DNA from: Paraspadella gotoi | Lineage: Eukaryota > Animalia > Chaetognatha | DNA length: 64,000 bases | Reading direction: 5' to 3' | NCBI GenBank assembly: GCA_051294375.1 | Contig: CM119265.1 | Location: forward strand, 18,192,764-18,256,763 | In this document: one piece after another, positions 1 through 24,200 of the stretch | How the letters are laid out: each line of letters opens with the position of its first letter | How positions within the stretch are numbered: position 1 is the stretch's first letter | Position numbers and translations under genes: made by a program | The notes under the pieces: generated by a model | Seen by the model: only the letters and a program-made list of their open reading frames with translations | Databases searched by the model: none | What the model was told of the DNA's origin: nothing

Positions 1-756
1 TAAAACTCAATATAAGTTATCATTTGGATTGGCTCTCTGTATTCCGTTCGCACAACAAATTTCCACTTTTGTTTGACATCAGCGGCTGACGAGCAGTTTG
101 TTGGAAATCGGACATTCATTCTTTGGTTATCACTGAAAAAAATCCCGAGTGGAAAATAATTAATATTTGATTATGACCTAAAAGCAAAAAAAAAGTAAAC
201 TCTAACGAGGAGAAAAAATAGGATTGTCAGAATGCAGATCGGAATGTTTAGTTGTTGTTGTTATAAAACTGAAAAAAATTCGACATGACTTTCGATTGGA
301 ATTCTTTTGACTAGTTCAATCAATTTTTCAATATCCCTTATTGATAGGAGAGCGAGAGAGAGAGAGAGAGAGAGANNNNNNNNNNNNNNNNNNNNNNNNN
401 NNNNNNNNNNNNNNNNNNNNNNNNNNNNNNNNNNNNNNNNNNNNNNNNNNNNNNNNNNNNNNNNNNNNNNNNNNNNNNNNNNNNNNNNNNNNNNNNNNNN
501 NNNNNNNNNNNNNNNNNNNNNNNNNNNNNNNNNNNNNNNNNNNNNNNNNNNNNNNNNNNNNNNNNNNNNNNNNGGGGGTTTTTCCTTCGCAACAACAAAA
601 GCGAATCTGGTTGCACTCTGACGAGAGAGAATTTGTTTGCGCTCGTCAACGATCTGCAACGAAACAGAATTGTCAGTCAGTCACGATGACCATCCTCTCA
701 CTTTGTTTACATTCTGTCCGGTTTTTTTTATGTTTACGTTGCTTCTGAGAGGCATT

Positions 757-787
<31 letters not shown>

Positions 788-1378
788 NNNNNNNNNNNNN
801 NNNNNNNNNNNNNNNNNNNNNNNNNNNNNNNNNNNNNNNNNNNNNNNNNNNNNNNNNNNNNNNNNNNNNNNNNNNNNNNNNNNNNNNNNNNNNNNNNNCC
901 TCGCGCTTTTTCATCCTTTTTTTAAAACAATCTCTTTTATCTTTCAGTTTCCGAGATTAATAAGGTTCAATTACGCGAAGGTAGATCAAATCGATGCCAT
1001 GAAGCTCAGATAAAATGAGTTGAAGTCGTTATTGTTTTTCTTTACCATTTTGGCATTTAAACTTCAACCCGACTACAAAATTTGTAGATACATCTAAGCA
1101 AAATTTATTATACATCTAGATTCTATATGCCTGAAAAGTACCGACGATTCAATCATTCAAACGCTCTTCATAAGTTTTGTTAAATAATTCAGTACGAAGT
1201 CGCATCTTAATGGCCCTCTTCCCAAAAAAAGGAAAAAAACTCGCTGTCTTTTTTATATCAAATTCCTTTCCTCAAAAATTTTTTGCCATATAAAAGTTTA
1301 TATATAACAAAGAATCACAGACGGTTCCGCACGTTCGCATGGTTTTTTCTCCAAGAAACCATAAAAGCTAAGATTGCG

Positions 1379-1416
<38 letters not shown>

Positions 1417-1962
1417 NNNNNNNNNNNNNNNNNNNNNNNNNNNNNNNNNNNNNNNNNNNNNNNNNNNNNNNNNNNNNNNNNNNNNNNNNNNNNNNNNNNN
1501 NNNNNNNNNNNNNNNNNNNNNNNNNNNNNNNNNNNTCTCTCTCTCTCTTTCTTTCTCTTTTTTTTCCAAGGCCGTGAAACCAACCCGTGACGCTAAGCCA
1601 TCCTATAAAAAATATGATTAGCTTCTGCCTCTTCTTCCTCCGGTCTTTTTCCGCTTTTCACTTAGTTGGAATCCAGTCTTTGATAGATAGTTCCATCGGC
1701 GCGCAGAACATTCAACCTCCTTTTTATCTTTTTTGTTTACATTATCATGGCATTATTTTTACATTACAGTAAAAGGAAAGACTTAAATTGTCTTCATATG
1801 CAGTTTTATTTTGTTTTTATTTCTTTATCTTTTCTATTTTACCTCTCAATTTCTTTTTTGTTTCCTTTTTTTTTCTTCTTTTCCTCTTTCTCCTCATTTC
1901 CCGCACTCAGTCGCCTCTCACTTATTTCCATCGAAAACGGAGCGACGTTTCTTTGGCCGCCG

Positions 1963-2001
<39 letters not shown>

Positions 2002-2294
2002 CCCGCTCCAGCCTTTTAATTTTAATTTTACAAGCCCCCCAGCCCAGAAGACTGATCGTCGTTCTCCGCCCTCCTTTCATCTATTGTTCCATCTTTCTTT
2101 GATCAGCATCTCCGATCACGCCATTTTCTTATCTGCTTTTTGTTCCAGCCCATCTTCACTCAAGAGCATTAAGTCGGGCCGTCCCTTTCCTTCTTTTATC
2201 GAACTGAAATTACATTATTCGTGGTCGCGGCGCCAAAAAGAGTTAGAAGGTTCCCTTATAATGTAACTGTCGATTGATATAATTTATCATCCTT

Positions 2295-2420
2295 TTATGA
2301 AATTGGTACAACCAATATAAAAAAAATTATTCATAGATTTAATAACTAAGCTATCTCGCCCCTGATTTGGACAGGCTATGCCTATGGCTAGACAGCCACG
2401 GGGTTCGAACCTGGGGACAT
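2295..2420 (-). mobile_element. Short interspersed repeat with B-box (SINE-like); fragments also at 3656-3692 and 56223-56290
   Basis: ttatgaaattggtacaaccaatataa is shared with 3656. gtacaacca...gcccctga.ttggacaggcta is shared with 56223-56290. GGGTTCGAACC at 2401-2411. Confidence 0.55.
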
Positions 2421-5120
2421 AATAGATGGAAGATGCGAAGACCCACAATTAAAGACATTTTCTTTTTATCTTTACTAAGTCACATTAATATTCAGCGCAG
2501 CCTCGATGATTTTACTGGCTGCGATTGTCACCTGAAAAATAAACGTCTCACTCTTTCACTCCCTCGAACCGGCAACTGAGTCACGATTATGAATTCAATG
2601 GTTTCGATCGGGATCACATTTACACATTTGGAATTCTTGTTTTCAAATTCTAATCGAGGCTGCAGCCGCGTCAATTCTACGAGTATTTTCTCTCCTTTGT
2701 TATCTTTATATTCAGTATACGTCCTTGACCTTCCCATGACTGATTCCCGTCTTTTCTAGTCGTTCCCGAATTCCTTTCCGAAATTCTTTTATATCTTTAT
2801 TCACCATGTCGCCTTACTTACTCAAATAATCAATGAATAATCAAACTTTCCCTGCATCGGCGCCGGACCCAGACCCCCTCGATTCTCCCCAATTCTCACT
2901 TTTCATCGCCACTAGTGATCACGTGATCTCGCGATCCTTCTCCTCCCAAACCTCCTCTCGCCATCGTCGACGCTTTAAGCTCTCCGGCGCTATTTTGGCC
3001 CCGGCGTCGGGGCCCCTAGCGGCGGCGCCAACAAACCGGCGTCGTTGTCGTCGTCGTCGGCGTCCGGGATCCTGCAGCCGGCGCTGCGGGCGCCTTCCCC
3101 CACGATGCCGTGACGAGGCGCGGACGCGCGTCGAAAGGCAGCGAGGCGATGACGACGACGACGACGAAGGACGTGTCCTCGCTCTTCCCCGTCTGACGCG
3201 ACTTCCGCTGTATTCCCGGCGCCTTACGCGTAAAGCTCAAAGGCGAAAAGGGTTCAAAAAAATAAAAAGAATTTGAAAAAAAAAAGAGAGATTAATAGAA
3301 AAGGGAAAAAAAGGAAAGTGGCGAACGATAAAATCCGCAATATTTCTCAATCAAGATTCAATTCGCATTAAAAAAAAAAAGGAAGAAAAAGCCCTCGCGG
3401 TCATTCGATTGGAAATTATGACGCCAACGGAGTTTTGCATTAAACATTTTTTTTTTTCATCATGTTTTTTTTTTAACCGACGATACGCGATTGACCAATC
3501 ACACTGCTCGAGCGTTTCTGTCTTTTATTCCGGAACAGATTCTTTGATCATATATTTATTGGAATCAAATGTTGCGTCGTTTACAAAGTATTTAATCGAG
3601 AATTTTTTGTAGTATTATTGCCAATTAATTATAAATTTATATCGTTTAAAATAACTTATGAAATTGGTACAACCAATATAATAATTATCCATTAACAATA
3701 TATGATTTTTAAACCAGAAATAAAACCATCGACAAAATCTTCTCTCTCTCTCTCTCTCGTCGTCTTCTCTCTTCTTTCTTCTCTCCCTCCTTCTTTTCCT
3801 TCTCTCTCTCGATCTCTCTCTCTCTCTCGTCTTCCTCTCTCTCTTCTTCGTCTCGTCTCTCTCTCTCTCAATCGTCCCTGACGCACGTTTCCGCTTCAGA
3901 AGAAGATAAGTCTCGACGCCGTAAGGAAAACCCCAGAGCGAAGCGCATTAGAGGCGGCGTCCTTTTTAAAAGCTTCGATTGGACCGGCGCCCGCTCGGCC
4001 GCATGCCCGCTCGAGCTCTTTCCATCTACATTTCCTAACTCGATGTGACGTTCATAGTCGCGCCTCCGATAAGAACGTGATCCTTATTGGCCTTCATATA
4101 AAACATTCAAACGAGGGTACATAGTAACGCGTACACGCAAAAATGGTTGTCGCAAGTAGAAATGCCTATTGGGAAGGCCTCGCCTAACGACACACCATCG
4201 AAACCCACCCCGTCTCGCTTCCGTTGGGAAATCACGTTCCACTCGAAGAATGCAAACAAGGCGTTTGACGTTAGCGCCCGGCGCCTAGCGTCACAAAACC
4301 GGCGCCGTTTTCAGCGCCGCGACATTAAAAACGGCGAAGGAGTTTTAACGAAATTCGACGTTCGATTCGTCGCCGTCGTCGTAGAGTTTGACGCCAAAGC
4401 CCGAGAGAGAAACTGACGCCGGAAATAGATTAAAAGTGGCGAGGAGAAAATGCGCGAAACCTAACGTCGAAAATTGACGCCATCACGAGGCGGAGAGATG
4501 AACGAATTCTCTAGTAAGTTTTCGTTTGCCAAGAGCACGAGTAAACCGGGGAGAGAAATTCGCTCGACAAAGTGAACTAATTTATTTATACCGTGAGCGC
4601 CGACTTTTTGAAAGATGTCGAAATAAATGAATGAAATCATTAAGTGAATTTCGTTATCATGCGCCATATCATTCAAGCGACGTCGGAAAACCGTGATTTG
4701 CCTATTGCGATTCATTGTCCTAAATTTAAAAAAAACCAAACAAATTTCCGCATATCGAAAAATATAAATGCAGTTTCTTTTCCTCGAGGAATACACAATT
4801 TTCGTTGACAATGAAAAAAGATTCGCACATATAATAAGAGATAACTTTTTTGTCAATGTTTTTTCTCGCGTCTCTTCCATCAACCGCCTTTTTTTTAACA
4901 ATCCCATTTCTAATGGGTTTTCTAGTCCGTATCTCCACAGACTGACATCCACGTTCACAAAGAAAAGTGTATTGGGCACAATTTGATTCGTCATTGGCAG
5001 ATGAAAAAATTGCTCACATGTTTCCTTTTTTTGTCTGTTTATTTTTTTTTTATTTTTTTTTTTAGGATTACGGACTGGTTGAGGTTTTCAGATAAGAACT
5101 TATTTTTAACTTATGATATC

Positions 5121-5181
5121 GGGAGACGTTTTAATGTTTTCTACAACGACTTTATTAGTAGAAAACATTAAAACGTCTCCC
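5121..5181. repeat. 24-bp perfect inverted repeat with 13-nt loop
   Basis: gggagacgttttaatgttttctac (5121-5144) / gtagaaaacattaaaacgtctccc (5158-5181). Confidence 0.9.
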
Positions 5182-8100
5182 AATACTCAATCACAACGAA
5201 TAGAAAGGAAATTCATGTCTAACTTATGATATCAAAATCAGGAGAAAAACGATGTGATTTGTTTTGGCAACGAATAGTATGTAAGACATTAAGCAGACAT
5301 AATTTGACCTGATATCTTTACACCACTTCATTTTCCACCAGCTCTCGGTTGGTTAGTTCGTGACCAACCTCACCATATCCAACACCTAACCCAACCTTAA
5401 CCCTACTCAACGCTTCTCCACCACCGCATATGGAAGCGCATGCGCAGAATAATCGAAGCTGTCGTCGCCTCTGGACTCAGACCCCGGATCTTCGCGAAAC
5501 ATTAGACGAAGACGACGACATACAAAACTAACGCAAATTAATATATATTTTCCTGTTTTTAAAGTTGTAAACTTGTTCATTGTTTCTTTTCACTTAAGAA
5601 TTATGTTTTTTTGTTTTTTTTTTTTTTTTGCAATACAATATAAATAAGGAATGAAAGAAAAGACGACGTTGCTGACAAAATAGATTGTTTTGACAAGCCT
5701 TTGGATCTTTTCAAATCGCAAGACAATTGAAATGGCGACGGCGACGACGACGACGACGTTGACGACGACGACGACGACGACGTTGACGACGACGACGACG
5801 ACGACGACGACGGCGACAACCAAAGGGTGACGCCTTTGGATTGGAACTGTGGATTTTTGCCAGATTCGAAGATGGATTCTTTCCGAGTTCGCAAGGGATG
5901 AGGGGGGTGGGGGCGACGAGAGACGGGTGACGCGGAAACGCCACGACGACGACGACGATGACGACCACGAGAGAAAAGGGGATTCCAGTCGAAAATTGGA
6001 TTAAAGCGAAATTGGAAATATCGACAAGAATAACGAAATAACGAAACTCTCTCTTCACAAGTGTTGGGCAGTGAACCTTTTTGCCCCGGTGACGCGATGT
6101 CGTTCCCAGGTGGGTTTTAGATTTAGTGAATCTCAGAGATAAATTTCTTTTTTTTCGGATTAGATCATTTGACCCCGTGAAATTTTTTTTTTAGTTCGAC
6201 GTATAGAGTCGAAATTCACGACAAAGACGACGATAGCGACGACGATAATGACGACATCGGCGACAGCGACATCTGTCTCGAATGCGCCGAAGCGCGTCTG
6301 CTCTCAATATGTTTTTTAAGACAAGATAGAGAGGGAGACAACGGGCAATGGACGATGAATGGCCGGCGGTTGTCGACTTCCTCGTTGACGCGATAAGAAA
6401 AAAAAAACCAAATTTAAAAATGAAATAAAAAAAAAGAACGAATTAGCTTCAATCCCCCCCCTTATTTTTTCTATCTGGTGCGGAAGAAAGAGTCGATAAC
6501 GCTCTAAAGATTAAAAAAAAAAGAGAGAGAGAGAAAAAACAGAAAAAGGCAAACGCGGTTAACGCGTTGGCAATCAAACTGCCAACCGTTTACCACCGCG
6601 GCACACCTGGTCTAACGGAGTTGTGTGTACTTGCGTGTGGACTCATTGCAAACACAATGGCGACCGCCTCTTTCGCTCCCTTTCTTTCTTTCTTTCTTTC
6701 TCTCTTTCTTTCTTTCTTTATTTCTTTTTTTAAAGTAAGGGTCAAGCGTCGGTTAACGCCGCCACAGCCTATTGGCGGAGTGGCCGCCTTGCCACCGGAA
6801 ATTACATTCGCCGTCGAAACGCCTCGACGCAAAGTGGGCGCGGCCGAGAGGGCGGGGAGAAGAGAGAAGTTGTCCATCGGGAAATGAATTCGCTTCTTTG
6901 AGCTTTTTCGCGCATCAAATACGAAAGGGATTTTAGGTCACGAGTTAATCAAGGAAATTAAGGAGAGAGACGAAGAAGATGAGAGTTTATCCAGGATGAA
7001 GAGGGGGGCGGGATGGTGAGGGCGTAGTCTGTCAAAGGAAGCAGAAGCATTTGAACGAAAAAAGGAAGGAAAGGAAAGAAAAAAAAGGCATTTTTCGGAT
7101 GAAAAAAGAGAAGGTATGCAATGCAATAGCTACCAAGTCGGAGTCAATCGGATGAAAAGGATATGGAGAGAAATGTCAGGGACGACGCTGTATTCGAACG
7201 AGAGAAATTTCGTTAAAAAAATTGGGCTGAGGATGAAAAAAAAAAAGATGGCGCGAGTTGGCGCAGCGAGTGGAATGGATTGGAATTGAGACTCGCAATC
7301 CGATTAAGCCCAGAACCGCGAATGGCCACGATATATTAATAGAAGTAATTGAGACGGATTGGTCGGCGCCGAGGTTTCGGAATGGAAAATCCCGAGAGCG
7401 AAACCTCGAACGGATTTTTATCTTTGCCAAAATCCAACGTATATTGACGTCATTTTTCTCTCGGGTCAAGATTGGCTTCGCGGTTAGGCGAGAATTGAAT
7501 TTTTTTTTTCTTTATACGTGTCGAAACATACACTAAAATTTTATCCACGATTTACTTTTTAATTTACGCCTTCTTACGTCATGGATGTTCACCTTCCAAC
7601 CCAAGAATTTCACTTGTTAAAAAAACATTTTAAATTCTCGAAAATATCAATTACCAATTTTTATTTTCTGCGCCATCAATTGATACGAATTTTTTCGGTT
7701 TTCAACTTCGCAAATAATAACTCTCTTTCCCTATTTACGATTAATTCCCGTTTCGTCCGTTATGACAATAAATTCTTTCCAATTATTTTTTCCCAGCCAA
7801 TATCGTCAACCATTTCATCCCCGACTTCGAATTCGCGCGTCGCTTTATCTCCCTTTTCTCTCAATTTCTCTTCCATTTTTCTCGACAGAAACAAAAACGA
7901 AATCGACGCCCTATTTATTCTTCCGTTCTCTCATTCCAGTTTCCTCGTTCTCCCATTTTTGCTCATTTTTCATTCCATTTTCCATCACGTCGAGTCGCCT
8001 AGGGGGCGCGACGTGGCGCGGGCAACAAAAACCAAAGGATTTCGTCGCGTTTTCTTTTCCGCCGCCGAAAGTCGCTTCTTTTTTTTCCTCGCCCCGCGGA

Positions 8101-8476
8101 GGCGCAACGCGGTCGGGCGCCTCCCTCGGAAGCGCTTACGCTGTACGCCATCCCGCGACTGACTTTTTTGGTTGCGGCGCTAAAACTCGGGATGGGCGTG
8201 GCCGATTTCCGACGCGGCGGCGATGGACTGAATATTCTGTCGGTCGACGTAGGCTCAACGGTTCTTCCGATCGGCGCGATGGAAACGCGGCGACGCCGCG
8301 GAGACGATACCGCGCCGTCGACGACGGTTTCCACGACGACGCCTTCTCTCTTGATCTCGTCTGCTCGACTTTCGACGCCGACGAATTCGTCGACGACGAG
8401 AACGACGCCGGAACGATCGCCTCTTTCATCGCCAAGGGTCACTCGCTTATCTACAAATCAACGGCGCCGGAATTGG

Positions 8477-17968
<9,492 letters not shown>

Positions 17969-19588
17969 TTTTTTTTCGGTGAGATGGACATTGGATCGAA
18001 GAAGGGAGGAGAAATTGAATTGAGACCAACTTCGACCGGAGACATCAAAAGTAGCTGGATATTTTTCGATCTTTTTTTTATCACCCTTCCCCCGCCCCCC
18101 TCCACACAAACTACTAATCCCCACACACACCACTCCAGCCTCCATCCCATCCGACTCGTTTCTTCATTTAAGCCGATTTCAAAAAAGCTCTTCCCTTCAT
18201 CCGCCTTTCATTCTCTCCCCCAGGGGAAAATCCTTCCCATAAATTTCCATACACTAATCCCCAGTAGATTCCCCAGAATTCCGAGTCAAAGCGGGTCGGA
18301 CGTCGCTCGATAAAGTTTTCCCGAAATACCCACGTGAAAACATCATTCGCAGTGAAGAGTGAAGACCACTGGGTGCTCCCTACTATCTATACTACGGTAG
18401 CTTGATTGTAAAAGCTGCTTAGTCAAGAATACGATTTCCGTATATTTGGTTATTCGATTCAATCTAAAAAAAATTTTAATGAGCCGATTTTTTTTTAATG
18501 GGCAAGGAATAAAACTTCTGCGATATATTGCTCCATTTTTAAATGATCGTATCTACTTGAAATATTCCGTTTAGACAATTACCGTATTCGTTTATAACTT
18601 GGTAAATCCGACCAGTGAAGCATGAGAGACGTAAAGTCACGTGACGTGTTTTTTTTTTCTATATTTTTGTTTTTTCTATTTGTTTGTTTTTGACACAACC
18701 GTGTATCATCGTATCGGTGTTTTTTTTTTTACTGGACATGATATTTGTTGTGTGTGCGTAAAAGTCATCCAAGTGCAAAGTTGCACCATCGATCACCTTT
18801 GGGACGACGCGTTTGACAAAGGTCCTCATTTTTCAAAGAATCTCAATATTCATCATAAACAAACGCGAAAGTCGGCAGAAATCGGTCAGGCGGAGCGTTT
18901 AGATATGATGCAAACTCTTTAAACTTTCATCGTCTTTTTTTTTTTTTTTTCAATCGGTGCCACTTATGGTTTTTCTCCTTCCTTTACACACGTAATTTGC
19001 GTACTTTTTTTTAGGCTTACACTCAAGGTGCCTAATGCATAGTTTGACTTGGCTTTTAAATCACATGTATAATGAAATTTTATGCTTTCATTTTTTTTTT
19101 TATATATTGGATACGTGCTTTTCCTGGTAAAATTCAAAACTCAAACTTATCTTTTGTTTTTTTTTTAGAACAGACTTTTATTACTTAAAATTATGTTATA
19201 TGTGTGTATAATATTAGTTTATTTTTCTCTTCTCACGATCAACTTTTAAAGTGTAGTACGTCTTTTTCTCTGATTTTCTCTAACTTCCTTATTATTCAAT
19301 ATATACAATTCGAATAAAGTGTCATATATAATCACATTGCTTGCGTAATAACAAGTGCGATTGTTTTTTTGTAAATCTCTTTTTTTTTCGAACCATTTTT
19401 TTTATTCTCAGTTTTCGATGATGGAACAAAGGATTTTTTGTTCCACCATCTTGTTACTACGATTGAAATCTGCCGGATCTCGCAGCTTTTGAGCGAAAAA
19501 AAAACAAACAACATATCATCCATCGTCAAGATTCATAAGTAAGAACATTAATTTATTACGGATTTATTTTTTTCAATACTCAAATAGA

Positions 19589-19660
<72 letters not shown>
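19589..19660. repeat. (ATCT)n microsatellite
   Basis: Seen directly, immediately upstream of the acceptor at 19670. Confidence 0.95.
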
Positions 19661-19663
<3 letters not shown>

Positions 19664-19697
19664 AAACAAGGTGCTCTTTCCGCGATTTCGAAAGAAG

Positions 19698-21251
19698 ATG
19701 ATTCAATTCACGTTTCTGCTTATCCTCTTTCCCGTCGCCATCATCTTGCTCATTTGTACCTTCGTCTTTTGCTATCATTTTCGTTCTGCCCGCTCCGACG
19801 AAGAGATTGTCGAGGTGAGACTGAGAGAGAGAGGCGGTCGTCAGGAGATAATTCTGATGCTGATACTAAAACTGATACCGAGTCAGACTCAGAAACTGAC
19901 ATCAATACCAAAATTGTCAAATTTTAGGAACCTTATGCTAGCCATAGCCATGCTAATGTATACAGAATCAAAATAATCTCTCATGAGAATAGATCATAGT
20001 ATTAATTTTTTTTTTCAAAAATGATTTTTTCTGAGGGTACTAGCCTAATTAAAATTATATAAGATTTTTTTTTAAATCTTAAAATTTTTTGATAGATTCT
20101 TATAGAGCATAAAAAGTTAAAACTTCTTACGTTTACTCAGTAAAAATATAGAAAATCTGATAAAATCATCAAAATATGATGATGATGACAATTTTTTATA
20201 GTTTTTTCTTATTTTTGACCAACTTATCATCAAAATATTTAAAAAAGAATAATACCTTTTATGAACTATCCGAATCTGGCCCTAAAATTCAAAATTATTC
20301 AAAAAAATTTTAAGCCTTTCCTATCTATAAATAAATATTAAAAAATTAATATGAGAAATATTTTGTCCATTGAGAGTATACTTAAAAATTATAAATTATC
20401 GTTTGAGCATGTACTCACTGTAAACCTTTGACTAGCCCCATTGAGTGCGGCTACCGCTACTTATACATTAATTTAGACTTTAGAAATATAAAATTCGCGG
20501 TTCAGTCATCAGCAAAATGACGCCAAAATTTGTGCTTTTCTTTTTAAAGCCTCAATCAACTTTTTTGTAAAATACCTTATCCTCTAACATCTCAACACAG
20601 TCACGCTAGACTTGTATGTTTTTACTTGATTTTTTTTTTAAGCAAACACACTACCTGAACAACATCGAGCCAGAGGTAGAATCGAAGGTAAAGTTAACGA
20701 CGCGTTTATAATTTCATTACAGTTATTCTTCGTTCAAAACAGTTTATGATTTCGTCCGATTTATTTCATTGTCGTTGAACATGACGCAACGAATAAATCA
20801 TCTCGCGTGTAACCAAACCGTCTTTTCCTTTTTCCGACTCTTGGCTTCAAAACCGTTGGCTAAATCTCACCAACTTTTTTTTTTTCGCGTATTTATTTTA
20901 TCATTATTGCTTAATGCTTATAGTCTATCAGTTAAATGGTTTTTGTATTCGTGATTAATTGCGACTCACGGTTGCTTTCATCGCCACTTCTCTCGACAAC
21001 TACTCTCTTTCCCCGTATTCCCCGCGACCCTTCAGATGCCCGACATCCAAATGGCCGACGATCTGCCCGAGATGGAGAAGATGGAGGATTTGAACGACGC
21101 GGAGATCTGGAAGATCGCCAACAACACCGGCGTGCCGCCGTCGCTGATGAAGAGAGACTCGGCGAGCCACTTGGTACAGCTGCACAAAAAGTATCACGGA
21201 GGGCCGCCCTTCTCCAGGAAATTGTACTCTTACCCAATGGGTGAAATTTAA
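19698..21251 (+). CDS. Small single-pass membrane protein (~125 aa), paralog of the C-terminal half of the LDLa gene
   Basis: Exons 19698-19814 (hydrophobic FLLILFPVAIILLICTFVFCY; donor gag|gtgaga), 20643-20687 (QTHYLNNIEPEVESK; donor aag|gtaaag), 21036-21251 (acceptor ttcag|), all phase 0. The last exon is 23/31 aa identical to exon 17695-17871 with synonymous codon differences. The 5' end is uncertain because an acceptor also sits at 19670. Confidence 0.65.
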
Positions 21252-24200
21252 ACTTTATTTCGGAGGGTTGAGGAGGGTTGAGGAGGGTTGAGGAGGGTTG
21301 AGGAGACAGAAAAAAAAACAAATCAAACTTGGTCGGTTATGAAAAAGGGTCTCCTCGGATTGCGGCGGTGATATTTCTTTGCGCGCATCTTCTTCGCTGT
21401 CGACACTTGCGTCTGCATCTTCAACAACTCGAGATTTTGGAATTCGAGCTCGTTGTCGACATTTAAAATCATTTTGTTGACTGCATTTTTAAACAGTTTT
21501 TTTTGGGGGGGGTTGAGCTACGTATAAATTTATTAACGACTAAGAAAATATAATTTTCAATTATTAAATAATTCGAATCATCGTGACAAAGTTCATAATT
21601 TGAATAAAACAACATAATTAGGCAGGTTAAACAATGTTTGACTTTAGCTTGTCTTGTTTACGATGTAAATAAATCGCTCTGGTTTTCCAGACATTGCTAT
21701 TTCGCAACAAAAATTAATGTTGAAAATCTTGTATCAAATTTTGTGAATACACTATATGAATCATTCCGATTTTCGCCATAAAATTCTCCCAAATTAGAGC
21801 CACCTTCTTGTTTTTATTTTTACAATAACGCTTGTACAAAGGATTACCTATGTCAAATCCACTTTTTTTACAACTGCAAAAAAAAAAAGTTAAATGGACT
21901 TACTCATATATACAGAAGCCCGATTTTCATTCCTCCATCCAAACAAAAAAAACCTTTTTACTCAGATTGTTAATTATTCCGATTCGAACAATATCATTAT
22001 TCCCGATTGTTTACAAAACAAGTACCTCTAATGCGTGATAATCATGGTTTTTTTCGACAACATTTGTTTCTCTCAAACGATCAACGCCTATAGTGCAGGT
22101 TCTATAGGTCATTATATCGTACATGTTTTTCCCCTCTTTACATCTCCTACTATAACGTAATTGTTTTTTTCCCTATTAACCCTTATAGTCATGACCTGAC
22201 TAATAAAAGACCATCCATTGTACGGATGTGTCATCGCTTCATTAAAGTTAACTGTTAAATCATTATTCATTCCAAATCATCTGTGATTTTGTATCAAACA
22301 ATTTATTTAATTTCGAAATTTTGAAAAAAATAAAGATTCGCCCAAGCGTTATATTTCGGAACGGAGGGTTAAATTTTAATTTCTTTTTTTGCCAATCCCC
22401 TAGTCTTTGTGATATATTTTCATCGCTAATACGTGGGTTTTCATGCCACAACCTTTGTTCTACCGGTACCAGTTTATTTTTGGGGACATCCTTATATTCA
22501 GATTGATAAAAATTTAATACAGTTTCTGACAGCTTAACTAATATCGTCCACTAAAAATGAGTAGCGCCTTGAAAAGTGATTTCCTCTTTCGAAGAGGCGT
22601 AATAGTGTGAACTGTGAAGACAAGAATCATTCTCGGTTGGTTGATAAATCACTTTTCATATTTCAAAATTTCATAAAAAGTATATTTAACGAGCCAACGA
22701 AGTGGTTATTTTCAAGAATTTCTTATGAATCATTTGGTTTTGCGTGTCAATAAAATTTATCGATCAATAAATTGTATTTCCACGGCATTACTAATATACC
22801 AGTTTCAGTGAAATCATTTTTTTCCCCGCGATTTAGAAGCATTTTTGTTTTATTTCGTGTTTCGTTCAGATTGAAAAATTATCATTAATCTTCAGCTTAT
22901 GACAATAAATACGAACTGAACGATTTTATAATTAAACAGATAAATCTCTAAAAATATCGATATCAGAACCAAAAGCTGTGTACGTATATCTCTGCTCGAA
23001 ACCAAATTATAATTTGCCTTTTTGAAAACAAAACCCGTTCTTCTTTGTCTACTTTTCCATCTTTCTCTTTGATACCCCAAAGAAAAAAGAAAAAAAAAAA
23101 AGATTTGCGTGATATCGAAGGCTAGTTTCCGATGAATCTGCGATCCCTAAAATCGTACAAAGAGACATGGAAGGCCCTCAAAAAATATGCGTCACAGAGA
23201 GAGAAACAGACAGACAGTCAACGACATTTCTATTCGAATCGTCGGTAGGTTGCTATGTTCTCCACCCATGGCCCCATTCCAATNNNNNNNNNNNNNNNNN
23301 NNNNNNNNNNNNNNNNNNNNNNNNNNNNNNNNNNNNNNNNNNNNNNNNNNNNNNNNNNNNNNNNNNNNNNNNNNNNNNNNNNNNNNNNNNNNNNNNNNNN
23401 NNNNNNNNNNNNNNNNNNNNNNTTTTTTTGGCGATTTCCTCGCTCTTTCCGCGTCGTCGCCCTTTTTCAGTTTTTCTGTCTTTGTTTCGACTTTTCATTC
23501 ATTTCGTTTCAAACGTCGACTTCACGCTTAACGGGAAACCATTTATAAAAAAAAAGGGCGCTTGGAGGAGGGGGGGTGCGTTTACTAGGGAGGGGGGCTG
23601 GTTGAGAAGAAGGGTATGTGTTTACTTCTTTCCGAAAAAAAAACAAAGAAAAAACGCTCTCTTTTTTTGGCCGTGAGTGGCGGAGGGGGGTGTGAAGAAG
23701 GCCTTGTCATCGTCATAGTCGTCATAATCGTCGTCGTTCGTTGTCGAAGGCTTTTAACTTCCTTTTTTTATTTCTTCCCAAAAACGAGTCTTTGTTTGCG
23801 TCTGTTGCGGTCGAAGTCAGAGAGACGACGGTCGCCGTTTGTCTCAACGTTTTGTCCGAGAAGTTTCTTTTGTTTTTTTGTTTTTTTGTTTTTAGGGAAA
23901 TAAGTAAAGCGCTATTTTTTTTTTTGTTGCGGAAATAGCGAAGTTTGATGTTCGATCTAGTTGATGTTAAATATAAAGGAATCCTAGAGAGTTTTCTTTC
24001 TGTCTGTCAAAGATGAAAGCTAAAAGTTCAGCCAATTTCTTGTCGATGGTCTTTTTCGAATCGAAATAACCATTTGCGACGAGAGAATAAAAAGGGAGAA
24101 AAGTAAAAAAAAATTGGCTGGAAGAGGCAAACTTGGCGATTTCTCCCTCAAGACTCTCGCTCACTCTTAAAATTACAAACTCGCCCGGTCACCTTCTTCG

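Noticed and set aside
2833-3276. 147-aa Arg-rich ORF
   Set aside because: CpG-rich low-complexity stretch with no recognisable domain or supported splice partners.
5640-5975. Asp- or Thr-rich coding exon
   Set aside because: (GAC)n trinucleotide tract with stops in candidate frames and no consistent splice model.
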